From Candidatus Hydrothermarchaeota archaeon (lineage in GTDB: Archaea; Hydrothermarchaeota; Hydrothermarchaeia; Hydrothermarchaeales; BMS3B), in NCBI GenBank assembly GCA_015521615.1, contig WANW01000059.1, positions 802 to 64,801 of the forward strand: DNA of 64,000 nt, given 5' to 3'. Shown here piece after piece: positions 32,058-42,293 of the stretch (its first letter is position 1; each line of letters begins with the position of its first letter). The notes under the pieces are model-generated. The model was not told where the DNA came from and did not search any database. It worked only from the letters and a program-made list of their open reading frames with translations. Made by a program: the position numbers and the translations under genes.

Positions 32058-33668
32058 ATGGCAGCGCTTTTTTGGGCAGACCAGAAGGCAGAGGAGATAG
32101 TGCAGCGCAAAAAGTTTCGTTACATTGATAGAGAGATTCCGAGCTTTGAACGCTTTGTTGTTAAGACGAGCGCAAGCATCTCTGGCGTTCTCCACATAGG
32201 CAGACTGAGCGATACAATACGCGGCGAAAGCGTGGTGCGAGCACTGCGCGACGCAGGCTATGATGCCGAGCTCATCTGGGTGGCAGAGGATATGGACCCG
32301 CTGCGCAAGATTCCGGAGGGTGTGCCAAGGGAGCTTGAGGAGTACATAGGCACGCCGGTAAGCACCACACCTGACCCCTGGGGCTGCCATTCCAGCTATG
32401 CGGAGCATCACATAGCGAGTTACTTTGAAGTGATGGAGGAGTTCATCGAAGTAAAACCCGAGAAGTACTCAATGCGCGAAGAGTACCGGCATGGAAGCTT
32501 CCGCCCGTTTATCAGAAAGCTTCTTGAGAACTTGGAGCTGGTGATTGAAATTCAGAACAGGTACAGGGACAAGCCGCTTGAGAAGGGCTGGAGTCCCTTT
32601 ACGCCGGTGTGCAAATCCTGCGGCAAGATCATAACTCCACGCGTGGAGCGTTATGAGGAGGGAAAGGTGTACTACCGCTGCGAGGACTACGCCTTTGAGA
32701 AGCACGTGGCCAGAGGATGTGGCTACGAAGGCATCGCGGACCCCCTCCGCGACGAGGGCAAGCTGATGTGGAAGAGCGAGTGGGCGGCACAGTGGGCGCG
32801 CTGGCGCGTCGCAAGCGAGGGCGCGGGCAAGGAGTACGTAGTGCCGGGAAGTGCGTGGTGGATAAATGCCGAGATATGCGAGCGCGTTCTGGGCTTTCCC
32901 ATGCCTGTGCCCATCTTCTATGAACACCTGATGATAGATGGGCAGAAGATGAGCGCCTCTCTGGGCAACGTGGTCTACCCGCATGAGTGGCTGCGTGTGG
33001 CTCCTCCGCAACTTCTGCGCTTTCTGTACAACAAGAAGCTGATGAAAACGAGGAGCTTCTCCTGGAAGGAGCTCCCAAAGCTGTATGACGAGTATGACCA
33101 CGTGGCGAGGGTGTACTACGGCATTGAGAGCGTGGAGAACGAGCGAGAAGCTGAACATCTGCGCAGGCTGTACGAAATGTCGCAGATAGGCAAACCCCAG
33201 CCCGCGCTTCCATTGCCCTTTTCGCACGCCGCAATGGTGGCCCAGCTTTTCACAGGCAGAGAAGCCATAATCGCAAGTCTGAGACGCTCTGGGCACTACT
33301 CCCCCGAGCTGGAGGAGGAGCTTTTGAAGCGCATTTCCTATGCGAGGGAGTGGGTTGAGCGCTATGCACCCGAGATGAGACTATCTCTATTGGAGGATGT
33401 GGGCGAGGTTAAAGAGAAGCTCAGCAAAGAGCAGCGCAGGTTCCTGCACTTCCTCTACGAGTGGCTTTCTCAGGGCGAGCGCTCCGGTGAGGAGATACAG
33501 GAGAAGATTTTCTCCCTCGCCAGGGAGATGAACCTGAGTGCCTCCAAGGCCTTCGGTGCGATTTACCTCGTAACCTTGGGCACAACACGCGGTCCGCGTG
33601 CGGGACCATTCCTCGCCTCTCTCGAAAGGCGGTGGCTCCTTACCAGGCTGAAGGAGGCCAGCGAATAA
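32058..33668 (+). CDS. lysS: Class I lysyl-tRNA synthetase
   Basis: SG.LHIG, D.DPLRKIP, GKL.WK.EW, KMSAS.GN, GPRAG. Confidence 0.93.
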   Translation: MAALFWADQKAEEIVQRKKFRYIDREIPSFERFVVKTSASISGVLHIGRLSDTIRGESVVRALRDAGYDAELIWVAEDMDPLRKIPEGVPRELEEYIGTPVSTTPDPWGCHSSYAEHHIASYFEVMEEFIEVKPEKYSMREEYRHGSFRPFIRKLLENLELVIEIQNRYRDKPLEKGWSPFTPVCKSCGKIITPRVERYEEGKVYYRCEDYAFEKHVARGCGYEGIADPLRDEGKLMWKSEWAAQWARWRVASEGAGKEYVVPGSAWWINAEICERVLGFPMPVPIFYEHLMIDGQKMSASLGNVVYPHEWLRVAPPQLLRFLYNKKLMKTRSFSWKELPKLYDEYDHVARVYYGIESVENEREAEHLRRLYEMSQIGKPQPALPLPFSHAAMVAQLFTGREAIIASLRRSGHYSPELEEELLKRISYAREWVERYAPEMRLSLLEDVGEVKEKLSKEQRRFLHFLYEWLSQGERSGEEIQEKIFSLAREMNLSASKAFGAIYLVTLGTTRGPRAGPFLASLERRWLLTRLKEASE

Positions 33669-33699
33669 TTTATATACCAGAGCATGAGGTTTTCAAAGC

Positions 33700-33912
33700 A
33701 TGGCAATTAGGCCGGAGACAATGCTCAGAAACTCCCTTGGAAAAAAGGTGAGGATAACCACCCGTACCGGCAGGGAGTACGTGGGCATCCTCAGAAGCTA
33801 CGATGAGCTGGATAACCTGTACCTCGAGGATGTTGAAGAGGTGGACGGTGAGCTTAAGCTGAAAAAAGCAATTTTCAAGGGCGGAAACATAACTTTTGTT
33901 ATGAGGGTATGA
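33700..33912 (+). CDS. Sm-like archaeal protein (Lsm/SmAP)
   Basis: RP..L..SLGK.V, Y.G.LRSYD..NLYL.D, KG.NI. Confidence 0.85.
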   Translation: MAIRPETMLRNSLGKKVRITTRTGREYVGILRSYDELDNLYLEDVEEVDGELKLKKAIFKGGNITFVMRV

Positions 33913-33913
33913 A

Positions 33914-34483
33914 ATGCGCACCCTGATAGCGTTGCTTCTCATCATCCTCCTTCTGGGCTGCACAACCAGTGAAAAGACAGGAGAAAGTCCGCAATCCACC
34001 ACTTCACCGCCACCCGCAACCGTTCCAGCACAGGAGCAGGAAAAGACTTACAGGAGCGATAAGCTCGGCTTTGAGGTCAGCTATCCCGCAAGCTGGCGCG
34101 TCGTTGAAGATAAGGTGGGCGAAGCTGAGCTCGTCTTTTTCCTCGCACCCAGGGGCAGCTATGGCACAGCTAATATAAACGTGGCGAGAGAGGAGAGCAA
34201 CCTCAGTCTTGCAGAATATGCAGAGGAAATGAAGAGCAACATCGCCTCACTACTTAAAAACTATACCCTGCTGGACGAGGGTGAACTGCGTCTTAAAGGT
34301 TACGAAGCGCATGAGCTTGTATATACATACGTACAGGGACCTTACACCATTAAAAACCACGCGGTGTTCGTGAAGGCAGGAAACAGCATCTACCTAATAA
34401 CCCTCGCTTCCCTCCCAGAGGAGTTTGAAAAGAACGAGGAGGTTTTTGAGAGGTTCCTGGAGAGCTTCAGAGCTAATCCCTGA
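33914..34483 (+). CDS. Lipoprotein, PsbP/DcrB-like fold
   Basis: Lipobox LLLGC, S/T/P linker, F..SYP..W motif. Confidence 0.7.
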   Translation: MRTLIALLLIILLLGCTTSEKTGESPQSTTSPPPATVPAQEQEKTYRSDKLGFEVSYPASWRVVEDKVGEAELVFFLAPRGSYGTANINVAREESNLSLAEYAEEMKSNIASLLKNYTLLDEGELRLKGYEAHELVYTYVQGPYTIKNHAVFVKAGNSIYLITLASLPEEFEKNEEVFERFLESFRANP

Positions 34484-35591
34484 CCATGAAGTCCTCGAGA
34501 ACGTCCTTCGCCTTCTCCCGCTTCTCCTGGTGCTGGACCAGGAAGCGCTCTACTTTTTCGGCGAGGTACTTCTTGCACTCGCCGCACAGCAGCTCTCCAT
34601 GGGTGCACGCGTTGTAGCGCTCTTTTATCTTTTCATCATCATCTTCGAAGATGTAGTACAGGTACTGATAGACGGAGCACACGCTTGGCCGGCCTCCAAG
34701 CTCGCGCTGCAGCTTCGCCGTCTCCCTGCCGCCTGTGAAGGCGTTCATTATCTTGCGTCTGGCCTCGCGGGGAGAGTCGGTGGTGTAGATGCTGCTCTCG
34801 GGCTTAGAGGCCGACATCTTGTCTCCGCCGAGAAGCGAGGGGAAGAACTTGCAGTGAATCAGCGCTGGCTTTGGGTAGCCGAGATGCGGTGCAGCGTCGC
34901 GGGTTATCCTGAAGTGGGGATCCTGGTCTATGGCGCAGGGGATAAGCACCGGCACCGCTTTACCCTGACGCTCGCTCTCAAGGAAGCAGGGCGCTGACTG
35001 CATGCTGGTGAAGAAGATTAAGCCTATGTTGGTGTCGTTTTTGAATCCGAAGACCGCCTTGGCTGTGGAGAAGGTGGTGCGCTTCGCCACCTTGAGCGCG
35101 AGCCTGTACTGGGACTTTATGTACTCGGTGTTGAGAAATATCTCCGTCTTCTTGGCATCGAACCCCAGAGCTATTACGTCGAGGGCATTCTCGTAGGCGA
35201 ACCTCCGCGTATCTTCGAGGGTGAGCTCTGGCTTGAATAAAAACTTCTCGTCATCGGTGAGCTGGAAGAGCAGCTTGGCGCCGAACTTCTCCTGAAGCCA
35301 GCGGGTGAATATCCAGGGCATGAGGTGGCCAAGGTGGGTGTGACCGCTTGGTCCGCGCCCGGTGTAGAGCACAAAGGGGTTGCCCCTCTCGTACTCGCTC
35401 AGCACCCAGTTGAGGGAGCGGTGGGAGTAGAATATCCTCCTGCGCAGCATCAGGTGGAGCTCACCCGTTAGTCTGCGGAACCTCTCCAGCAGGGCATCGT
35501 CTATGGGAGAGGTGCCGAACTTCTCTATGAGCTTGTCGTAGTCAACCTCGCCTACAACTTCCCAAGGGGTAACCACGAAGTCCTCTGGCAT
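34473..35591 (-). CDS. trpS: Tryptophanyl-tRNA synthetase
   Basis: VTPW.V, YTGRGPS, HLGH, AIDQDPHF, KMSAS. Confidence 0.96.
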   Translation of the reverse strand: MPEDFVVTPWEVVGEVDYDKLIEKFGTSPIDDALLERFRRLTGELHLMLRRRIFYSHRSLNWVLSEYERGNPFVLYTGRGPSGHTHLGHLMPWIFTRWLQEKFGAKLLFQLTDDEKFLFKPELTLEDTRRFAYENALDVIALGFDAKKTEIFLNTEYIKSQYRLALKVAKRTTFSTAKAVFGFKNDTNIGLIFFTSMQSAPCFLESERQGKAVPVLIPCAIDQDPHFRITRDAAPHLGYPKPALIHCKFFPSLLGGDKMSASKPESSIYTTDSPREARRKIMNAFTGGRETAKLQRELGGRPSVCSVYQYLYYIFEDDDEKIKERYNACTHGELLCGECKKYLAEKVERFLVQHQEKREKAKDVLEDFMVRD

Positions 35592-35660
35592 AGCTTGGGG
35601 TTAAGCACTTCGGAAATATAAAGGCTGTGGTTGGCGACGTTACCCCGCACACCTACTTAA

Positions 35661-37211
35661 ATGATTGTTAAAGAGCGCAACACCGTAATCAAAAGCATCC
35701 GCGGCAAGCTGCGCGTGGCGCTGGTGTTTCCCAACCTGTACCGCGCCGGCATCGCAAACCTTGGGATGCAGATACTCTACGACCTGCTCAACTCCCGTGA
35801 AGATATTTACGCGGAGCGCTTTTACTTAGACGTGGAAAGGAGCGTTGAGACGCGCTCCCCTCTCAGGGACTTCGACGTAATCGCCTTCTCCTGGCAGTTT
35901 GAGCTCGACGCCGTAAACATACTTGAGATTCTCAGGCGAAGCGGCATACCAGTAAGGCGGGAGCGCAGAGAGCAGGTGGTAATCGCCGGCGGCCCGTGCT
36001 GCGTTAATCCTTCTCCTCTTGAGCGCTTCGTGGATGCCTTCTTCATAGGAGAGGCAGAGGCGGGCATCCTTGAGGTAATCGAGGCTGTGAGGGGGAGGGG
36101 TAAAAGGGAAGCGCTCGAAGAGCTTGCACAGCTGGGCTATGTCTACGTGTCAGGGGTGAACGAAGGTGCCAGGCGGGTGTACATGCGGGACCTCGACGCC
36201 TACTTTCCTGTAGCGCAGGTGCTCAGCGAGGCGGGAGCCTTTGGCAGAAGCCTGCTCGTGGAGGTAGCGAGGGGCTGCGCTCGCGGCTGCAGGTTCTGCA
36301 TGGGAGGCTACATCTTCCGCCCCCGCAGGGAGCGCAGCATTGCAAGGCTGGAAGAGATTATAACAAAGGGCATCGAGATTAGCAAACCTGAGAGAATTGC
36401 CCTCCTGGGAGCGAGCATCACCGACCACTCGCGCATAGATGAGCTGGCGGAGATTTTAAAGCAGCTCAACCTTGAGATCGCGGCACCATCGCTGCGCGCA
36501 GACACGCTTACCAGGAGCTTTGTTGAGGCGCTGGTGAAGAGCGGCCAGCGCAGCATAACCTTTGCACCAGAAGCGTGCGAGCGGCTGCGCTACGCGGTGA
36601 ACAAGGACATGAGCAACTCCCAGATTCTCGCCGCCGCAAGGCTGGCGGCAGAGTCGGGTATAAGAAACCTGAAGCTCTACTACATCCTGGGCTTTCCCGG
36701 CGAGGGGGAGGAGCACATCAGAGCGCTCGCCGATGAAGTGAAGGTGCTCAAAAGGGAAACAAAACTGAACCTCAGGCTTTCTGTAAATCCGCTGATACCC
36801 AAGCCACACACAGCGATGCAGTGGACCCCCTTCCCGGAGCCACGCAGTCTCAGGCTAAAGATGCGCATGCTGCGCAGGGCACTCGCAGGCTATGCAAGCG
36901 TGGAGAGCGAGAGCATTAAAGGTTCGATGCTTCAGGCAATAATAGCCAGGGGCAACTCCCGCCTGGGAGATGTCCTCGAGAGGGTGCTGGAGTACGGTGG
37001 CGGCTTCTCCGCCTGGAAGCGCGCCTTCAGGGACGCGGGGCTGAGAATGGACAACTACCTACGGGGAATAGATACAGACACCAGCCTGCCCTGGGAGAAA
37101 GTGGATGTACTGGTGAGCGAGCGTTACCTCCGGGAGGAGCACCAAAAATTTTTAGAAGGTAAAATCTCTCCTGCATGTTCACCTGAATGCAGGCGATGTG
37201 GCGTCTGCTGA
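35661..37211 (+). CDS. B12-binding-like radical SAM protein
   Basis: FPN.Y..G..NLG, GGP, RGCARGCRFC, PKPHT. Confidence 0.85.
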   Translation: MIVKERNTVIKSIRGKLRVALVFPNLYRAGIANLGMQILYDLLNSREDIYAERFYLDVERSVETRSPLRDFDVIAFSWQFELDAVNILEILRRSGIPVRRERREQVVIAGGPCCVNPSPLERFVDAFFIGEAEAGILEVIEAVRGRGKREALEELAQLGYVYVSGVNEGARRVYMRDLDAYFPVAQVLSEAGAFGRSLLVEVARGCARGCRFCMGGYIFRPRRERSIARLEEIITKGIEISKPERIALLGASITDHSRIDELAEILKQLNLEIAAPSLRADTLTRSFVEALVKSGQRSITFAPEACERLRYAVNKDMSNSQILAAARLAAESGIRNLKLYYILGFPGEGEEHIRALADEVKVLKRETKLNLRLSVNPLIPKPHTAMQWTPFPEPRSLRLKMRMLRRALAGYASVESESIKGSMLQAIIARGNSRLGDVLERVLEYGGGFSAWKRAFRDAGLRMDNYLRGIDTDTSLPWEKVDVLVSERYLREEHQKFLEGKISPACSPECRRCGVC

Positions 37212-37286
37212 TTGCCGAACAGAAGATTTTATATGTGCTATTAAATAAAAATTAACATCTATACAAAAACTACTGAGAGAAAAAAG

Positions 37287-37958
37287 ATGGCAAGAATATT
37301 GGTAGCGGACGATGAACTCATAACACTGCGCGGGCTCGAAAGGGTGTTGAGAAGGGAGGGGCACGAGGTAGTTACTGCTGAAAATGGAGAGGAGGCCCTG
37401 AAAATCCTGAAAGAGAGGAAGGTGGATATTCTAGTAACCGACATAAAGCTGCCGGGGATAGATGGGCTGAAACTGCTTAAGTGGGTTAAGCAACACCTCC
37501 CAGACATTAAAGTTATCATGATAACCGGCTACTCCAGCATAAAAGGTGCTGTTGAAGCGATGAAGCGCGGGGCGAGTGACTACATCGCAAAGCCCTTCAG
37601 CCTGGAGGAGATAAAGGCTTCTATAAAAGCAGTGCTTGAGGAGGAGACGCATATCGCAATCCCATCTGGCGGACTCTCAAAGCAGGAGTTTGAACTAATC
37701 ATACGTGCCCTGAATCACCCTATCAGAAGAGAAATACTCAATCTTCTGCGCACTTCTCCAAGAAGCTTTACAGGAATATGGCGCAACACCGGGATAAAGG
37801 ACCCGACTGCTGTGAGTTTTCACCTTAAGAATCTTAAAGCAACTGGAATAGTAGAGCAGGATAAGAATAAGGTGTACTCCCTATCCCCCCTGGGAAGAAA
37901 GGCCGCCTCCCTCATGAATATGGTGAAGGTGGAAGAGGAACACACACAGCCTATTTGA
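37287..37958 (+). CDS. Response regulator: receiver (REC) domain plus ArsR-like winged HTH
   Basis: ADDE, TDIKLPG, ITGY, KPF; C-terminal ALNHPIRREIL..SFHLK.L..GIV. Confidence 0.88.
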   Translation: MARILVADDELITLRGLERVLRREGHEVVTAENGEEALKILKERKVDILVTDIKLPGIDGLKLLKWVKQHLPDIKVIMITGYSSIKGAVEAMKRGASDYIAKPFSLEEIKASIKAVLEEETHIAIPSGGLSKQEFELIIRALNHPIRREILNLLRTSPRSFTGIWRNTGIKDPTAVSFHLKNLKATGIVEQDKNKVYSLSPLGRKAASLMNMVKVEEEHTQPI

Positions 37959-38128
37959 AGTTGGCTTCAATAACAAATGGTTACTAAAACCAAATAGGCT
38001 TTTTTATTTGAGAGAAATTTCCAAAAAAATATATAAAACCCATAATGCAAGAAGTATACCAGGGTTGGGGAGGGGGGCCCACTATAAATCGGGGCTAAAT
38101 TTTTATTCTACCAATCCATAATTGAAAA

Positions 38129-38785
38129 ATGATGAGGATACTTGTTATCTCAGATATTCATGGAAGACTCGCAAAGCTGGATAGAATAGAGGGTGAGCTT
38201 CCAAAAGCAGATGTCGTTGTATTAGCTGGCGACATAACAAACTTTGGCGGGCGAGACGAAGCGAGGGAGATTCTCAAGCCACTAATGAACCTGTCGAAGC
38301 ACCTTTTTGTGGTGCCCGGAAACTGCGACCTGCGAGAGGTGAATGAGCTTCTAAAGGAGTTAAAGGTGAGCCTTCATGGCAGGGGCAATGTTGTTGATCG
38401 GGTGGCATTCTTTGGCGCTGGAGGTTCAAATCCCACACCCTTTGCCACCCCACAGGAGTATACTGAGGAACAACTTAAGGAGCTACTCGCGAGCGGTTAT
38501 TCTGCAATTAAGGAGCACAGCATAAAGGTACTTGTTGCTCACCCACCACCCTTTGGAACAAAACTCGACCTAACCAGCTCCGGTGTACATGCTGGTTCAA
38601 GAGCTGTGAAGGAATTTATAAAGGAGAATAAACCAACACTTACGCTGTGTGGACATATCCACGAAGCAAGAGGTATTGCAAAGGTGGCCACAACAACAGT
38701 TGTAAATCCCGGCGCCTTCCACATGGGGTATGCAGTTGTAGAGCTGGATGAAGACAAAATTGAGGTTAAGCTAAAGGAATATTAG
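38129..38785 (+). CDS. Calcineurin-like metallophosphoesterase
   Basis: SDIHG, AGD, PGNCD, H.PP, GHIHE. Confidence 0.9.
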   Translation: MMRILVISDIHGRLAKLDRIEGELPKADVVVLAGDITNFGGRDEAREILKPLMNLSKHLFVVPGNCDLREVNELLKELKVSLHGRGNVVDRVAFFGAGGSNPTPFATPQEYTEEQLKELLASGYSAIKEHSIKVLVAHPPPFGTKLDLTSSGVHAGSRAVKEFIKENKPTLTLCGHIHEARGIAKVATTTVVNPGAFHMGYAVVELDEDKIEVKLKEY

Positions 38786-38811
38786 GCGATAAAAATAAAA
38801 AGAAGACAGGT

Positions 38812-39186
38812 TTACTGTTCAGAGGCTATTTTCTTGAGCACATTCTCAATCTTTGACACCAGCACAGATTTGGGTACCGCTCCGACAAGACCGTCAATAG
38901 GCTCGCCCCTGTAGAAGAACCCCAGGGTTGGAATGCTCATTACACCGTAGCGCATCGCCACGTCACGATTCTCGTCGGTGTTCAGCTTCACAAACTTCAT
39001 TCTGCCCTTGTACTCTGCTGCAACCTCTTCGAAAACTGGTGAGAGCATCCTGCAGGGACCGCACCATTCTGCCCAGAAGTCCACCACCACAGGTATCTCA
39101 GACCTGAGCACCAGCTCGTCCCAGTTTTCAGTCGTAGCCTTGTACAGGTTCTCTCCGATTTCTTCAATCACCGCAGTCATAACCAT
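38812..39186 (-). CDS. trxA: Thioredoxin
   Basis: DFWAEWCGPC, SIPT. Confidence 0.93.
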   Translation of the reverse strand: MVMTAVIEEIGENLYKATTENWDELVLRSEIPVVVDFWAEWCGPCRMLSPVFEEVAAEYKGRMKFVKLNTDENRDVAMRYGVMSIPTLGFFYRGEPIDGLVGAVPKSVLVSKIENVLKKIASEQ

Positions 39187-39213
39187 TATCACCTCCTTTA
39201 AGCTTTTTATAAT

Positions 39214-39603
39214 TCAGTGACTGTGATGTGCATGCGAATGGTGATGGTGATGTCCGCTATGGATCCTCTCGGGCTCGTGCTTAAGCTCGCCTTTCGCAAA
39301 TTTTTCAGCTGCCTCTCCTGCAGGTATGGCACCTGTTACAATAACTTTCTTATCTTCTGCTATCAGATGAGAGTATGCACTTCTTCCAATACCAGCTGAT
39401 ATGACGACTTCTACATCCTCCAGCACCGGTAGTATCGCCTCATGGAAGTGCCCGTGCCCCTGAGCCTTGGGGTTAGCTCTCGCCTCTACAAAGCTGACAC
39501 TTTCATTGGCCACATTATATATCAGGAAATACCTCGCCCTTCCAAAGTGCTCACTCACCCTTGCGCTTTCCTCTGCAGTGTCCACAGCAATCGCTATCTT
39601 CAT
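39214..39603 (-). CDS. NifB/NifX-family protein with His-rich tail
   Basis: MKIAIA, HFGRA.YF, N-P, IG..A; C-terminal HSGHHHHHSHAHHSH. Confidence 0.85.
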   Translation of the reverse strand: MKIAIAVDTAEESARVSEHFGRARYFLIYNVANESVSFVEARANPKAQGHGHFHEAILPVLEDVEVVISAGIGRSAYSHLIAEDKKVIVTGAIPAGEAAEKFAKGELKHEPERIHSGHHHHHSHAHHSH

Positions 39604-39712
39604 ATTTCCACCTACTTTACTTAACGCTTCTAACCTTATAAAAGATATATGTTATATATTGTGTCACATAATTGAACATAAACTTTATCTATGCACATTG
39701 TTACTCTCTGGC

Positions 39713-40264
39713 ATGCGCGAAAGCCTGGAGACGATTGCTGGGGAGATAGATAAATGCACCAGATGTGTGCTTGGCAGGAGCAGAAACCATGCAGTACCCG
39801 GGGAGGGTAACAGGAATGCGAGGCTCATGCTAATAGGTGAGGCTCCGGGGAGGGAGGAGGATGAGAAGGGCAGGCCTTTTGTAGGGCGCGCCGGAAGACT
39901 TCTCACCCAGGTGCTGAATGATGCCGGATTAACGCGGGAGGAGGTGTTTATAACCTCTGTCATAAAATGCAGACCGCCCAACAACAGGAGACCAAGGAAG
40001 AAGGAGATAAGAGCCTGCCTGCCCTATCTCAGAAAGCAGATTACGGCGATTAACCCACGCGTGATTCTGCTTCTGGGAGGAGTTGCCGCTGAGTCACTTC
40101 TTGGAATCAGGAAGGTGGGTGAGGCCAGGGGAAAGCCCATCAGGAAGGACAGAGTATATCTGATAACCTACCACCCCGCAGCAGTGCTGAGAAATATAAA
40201 CCTTCTCTCCAGCCTGAGCGAGGATATTCGCCTGGCAAAAAAACTTGCCTACAGCGAAACCTGA
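39713..40264 (+). CDS. udg: Family 4 uracil-DNA glycosylase ([4Fe-4S])
   Basis: C..C.L, GEAPG..ED, PFVG.AG, KCRPP.NR, HPAA; ATG 39713. Confidence 0.93.
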   Translation: MRESLETIAGEIDKCTRCVLGRSRNHAVPGEGNRNARLMLIGEAPGREEDEKGRPFVGRAGRLLTQVLNDAGLTREEVFITSVIKCRPPNNRRPRKKEIRACLPYLRKQITAINPRVILLLGGVAAESLLGIRKVGEARGKPIRKDRVYLITYHPAAVLRNINLLSSLSEDIRLAKKLAYSET

Positions 40265-41148
40265 CGCAACAGACGGGCCATTCTGCAAAGAATATCTCTA
40301 CGTGTAATAATTCCTATAGCGTCACCGCGGTCATCAATAACAATAAGCCTGCTCACATTGTTCTGCTCCATCACAGCTATCGCCGTAGAGAGAGCTGCAT
40401 CCTTGTGAATGGTTATTAAGGTGGTACTCATTATCTCCTTGACCTTGCTGTCCTCCTTGCCCTCCGCCAGAGCACGGGCTATGTCAGTATTTGTAATAAT
40501 GCCCACTGCCTTTGTGCCATCCATAACAGGAGCGCCGCGAATACCAATGCGGGTGAAGAGCGCTGCGGCATCGCGAATGCTTGCCTCTGGAGAGATGGAC
40601 TTTATGGTATGTGTTGCAACATCATAAACCTTCTCCTTGGGAACAGAGACCATCTCAAGGATGTCGATGAGTAGCACATTGTCTATATCATCGCGGCCCA
40701 CCACCTTACCACGAATAGCGAGCCTGTTAACAGGGGTTGGGCCTATGAGGACAACCTTACCTACCGGTATCTGCTTCAGGTCACCAAGTGCGTGAACAGT
40801 CGCACGGCACTTCTCAGGGTCATGAATTGTTATCAGATCTATTCCGGTTACAGTCACATCCTCCACAGGTTTGCCGTCTATGCGAATTGGCACAGCCACC
40901 TCACGTTCAAGCTTCTCGTAGTTAAGAATAGAATAACACTCTGCTGTGGGGCGATAACCGCCCTTTGGTCCCGGAACACCCTCCACAAGGCCCAGACTGC
41001 GAAGTGACTGCATCTGATTACGTATTGTGCCCGGATTCTTGTGTATGAGCTCGGCTATATCCTCACCCTTAACCGCCTCTCCTCCTGACTTGTGGTAAAG
41101 CTCCACCAGTGCCATTAAAACTTCTCTCTGAACAGGTGTGAGTTTCAT
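40249..41148 (-). CDS. HTH plus CBS-domain transcriptional regulator (COG2524-like)
   Basis: NPGTIRNQMQSL..LGLVEGVPGPKGGY; tandem CBS domains. Confidence 0.88.
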   Translation of the reverse strand: MKLTPVQREVLMALVELYHKSGGEAVKGEDIAELIHKNPGTIRNQMQSLRSLGLVEGVPGPKGGYRPTAECYSILNYEKLEREVAVPIRIDGKPVEDVTVTGIDLITIHDPEKCRATVHALGDLKQIPVGKVVLIGPTPVNRLAIRGKVVGRDDIDNVLLIDILEMVSVPKEKVYDVATHTIKSISPEASIRDAAALFTRIGIRGAPVMDGTKAVGIITNTDIARALAEGKEDSKVKEIMSTTLITIHKDAALSTAIAVMEQNNVSRLIVIDDRGDAIGIITRRDILCRMARLLRQVSL

Positions 41149-41233
41149 GGTCTTCCCCTTATAAAGTAGTACAAAGTTATTATTAATGATTAACTATGAT
41201 AGATATTTATATAAACTTTTAGGAAGTTGTGAA

Positions 41234-42229
41234 ATGAATTTCAAACGTGTGCCCAGGATACTCGATTCTAAAGAATTGATGGACTACGCTTTTTCGAGAG
41301 CCTCCAGGGAGGCCAGAAAAGTCTCTGCCCCCGGAGCAAGGTTGCAGAGGGTTAAGAAACGAGAAGAGCGGCGAATAATTATAGCAGGTTCTTCGGTAAG
41401 GCGGTATCTGAACAGAATACTTATGAGAATCCCACGCATCGAAGAGCTAACTCCTTTTTACAAAGAGCTTATAGAGGTCATGGTTGGGATGGAGAGATTC
41501 AGCCACAGTCTGCGCTCACTCAGGTGGCTGGTGAATAAAATTGAAAGGCTTGAAGGAGAATATACCCGCAGGGTGCGCTCGGCGAGAAGCGAGGAGGAGG
41601 TCCACAGCTACAGAAGAGAGTTCTACGGCAGGCTCGCCTCGCTGCTTCGCAAGATTGAGTCAGAACTCCTGTTCCTGAGAGAGGCCAGAGAGAGGCTCAA
41701 AAACCTGCCAAGTGTTGAGGACACTTTCACAGTTGTTATTGCAGGCGCGCCGAATGTTGGTAAGTCCTCGCTTCTGCGCCGCCTTACCGGAGCAGAGCCC
41801 AGGGTGGAAAGCTACCCCTTCACAACAAAGCAGCTCCTGCTGGGCTACTTTGAACACAATCACAGAAGGGTGCAGGTAATAGATACTCCTGGTTTGCTTG
41901 ACCGCAGCTTTGAAGACATGCGCCGGGAGGAAAGGCAGTGCATCCTTGCATTAAAACACCTGGCAAACCTGGTGATATTTCTGTTTGACATAACAGAAAC
42001 CTGTGGTTATCCCCTTGAGGAGCAGCTTCACATTTACAGGGGTATTGAACAAGGCTTCGACGTTGATGTAATCCCTGTGATTAACAAGGGTGACCTTCTA
42101 ACAGAAGAAATGCTCCGGGAGGCAAAGAAAACTGAGCCCCTGGATAGGGCACTGGTATGCTCTGCAAAAGAGGGTAAAGGCATAGCTGAAATAATAAAGA
42201 AGATAAATAAAGCTATGGACAACAAATAG
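41234..42229 (+). CDS. NOG1-family GTPase
   Basis: GAPNVGKSS, YPFTTK, DTPGLLDR, NKGD. Confidence 0.92.
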   Translation: MNFKRVPRILDSKELMDYAFSRASREARKVSAPGARLQRVKKREERRIIIAGSSVRRYLNRILMRIPRIEELTPFYKELIEVMVGMERFSHSLRSLRWLVNKIERLEGEYTRRVRSARSEEEVHSYRREFYGRLASLLRKIESELLFLREARERLKNLPSVEDTFTVVIAGAPNVGKSSLLRRLTGAEPRVESYPFTTKQLLLGYFEHNHRRVQVIDTPGLLDRSFEDMRREERQCILALKHLANLVIFLFDITETCGYPLEEQLHIYRGIEQGFDVDVIPVINKGDLLTEEMLREAKKTEPLDRALVCSAKEGKGIAEIIKKINKAMDNK

Positions 42230-42293
42230 TTTTAAATACAAATTCTATATAATATTAAAATAGTTAATCGTCCATAATTATGGAGGAGTGAAA

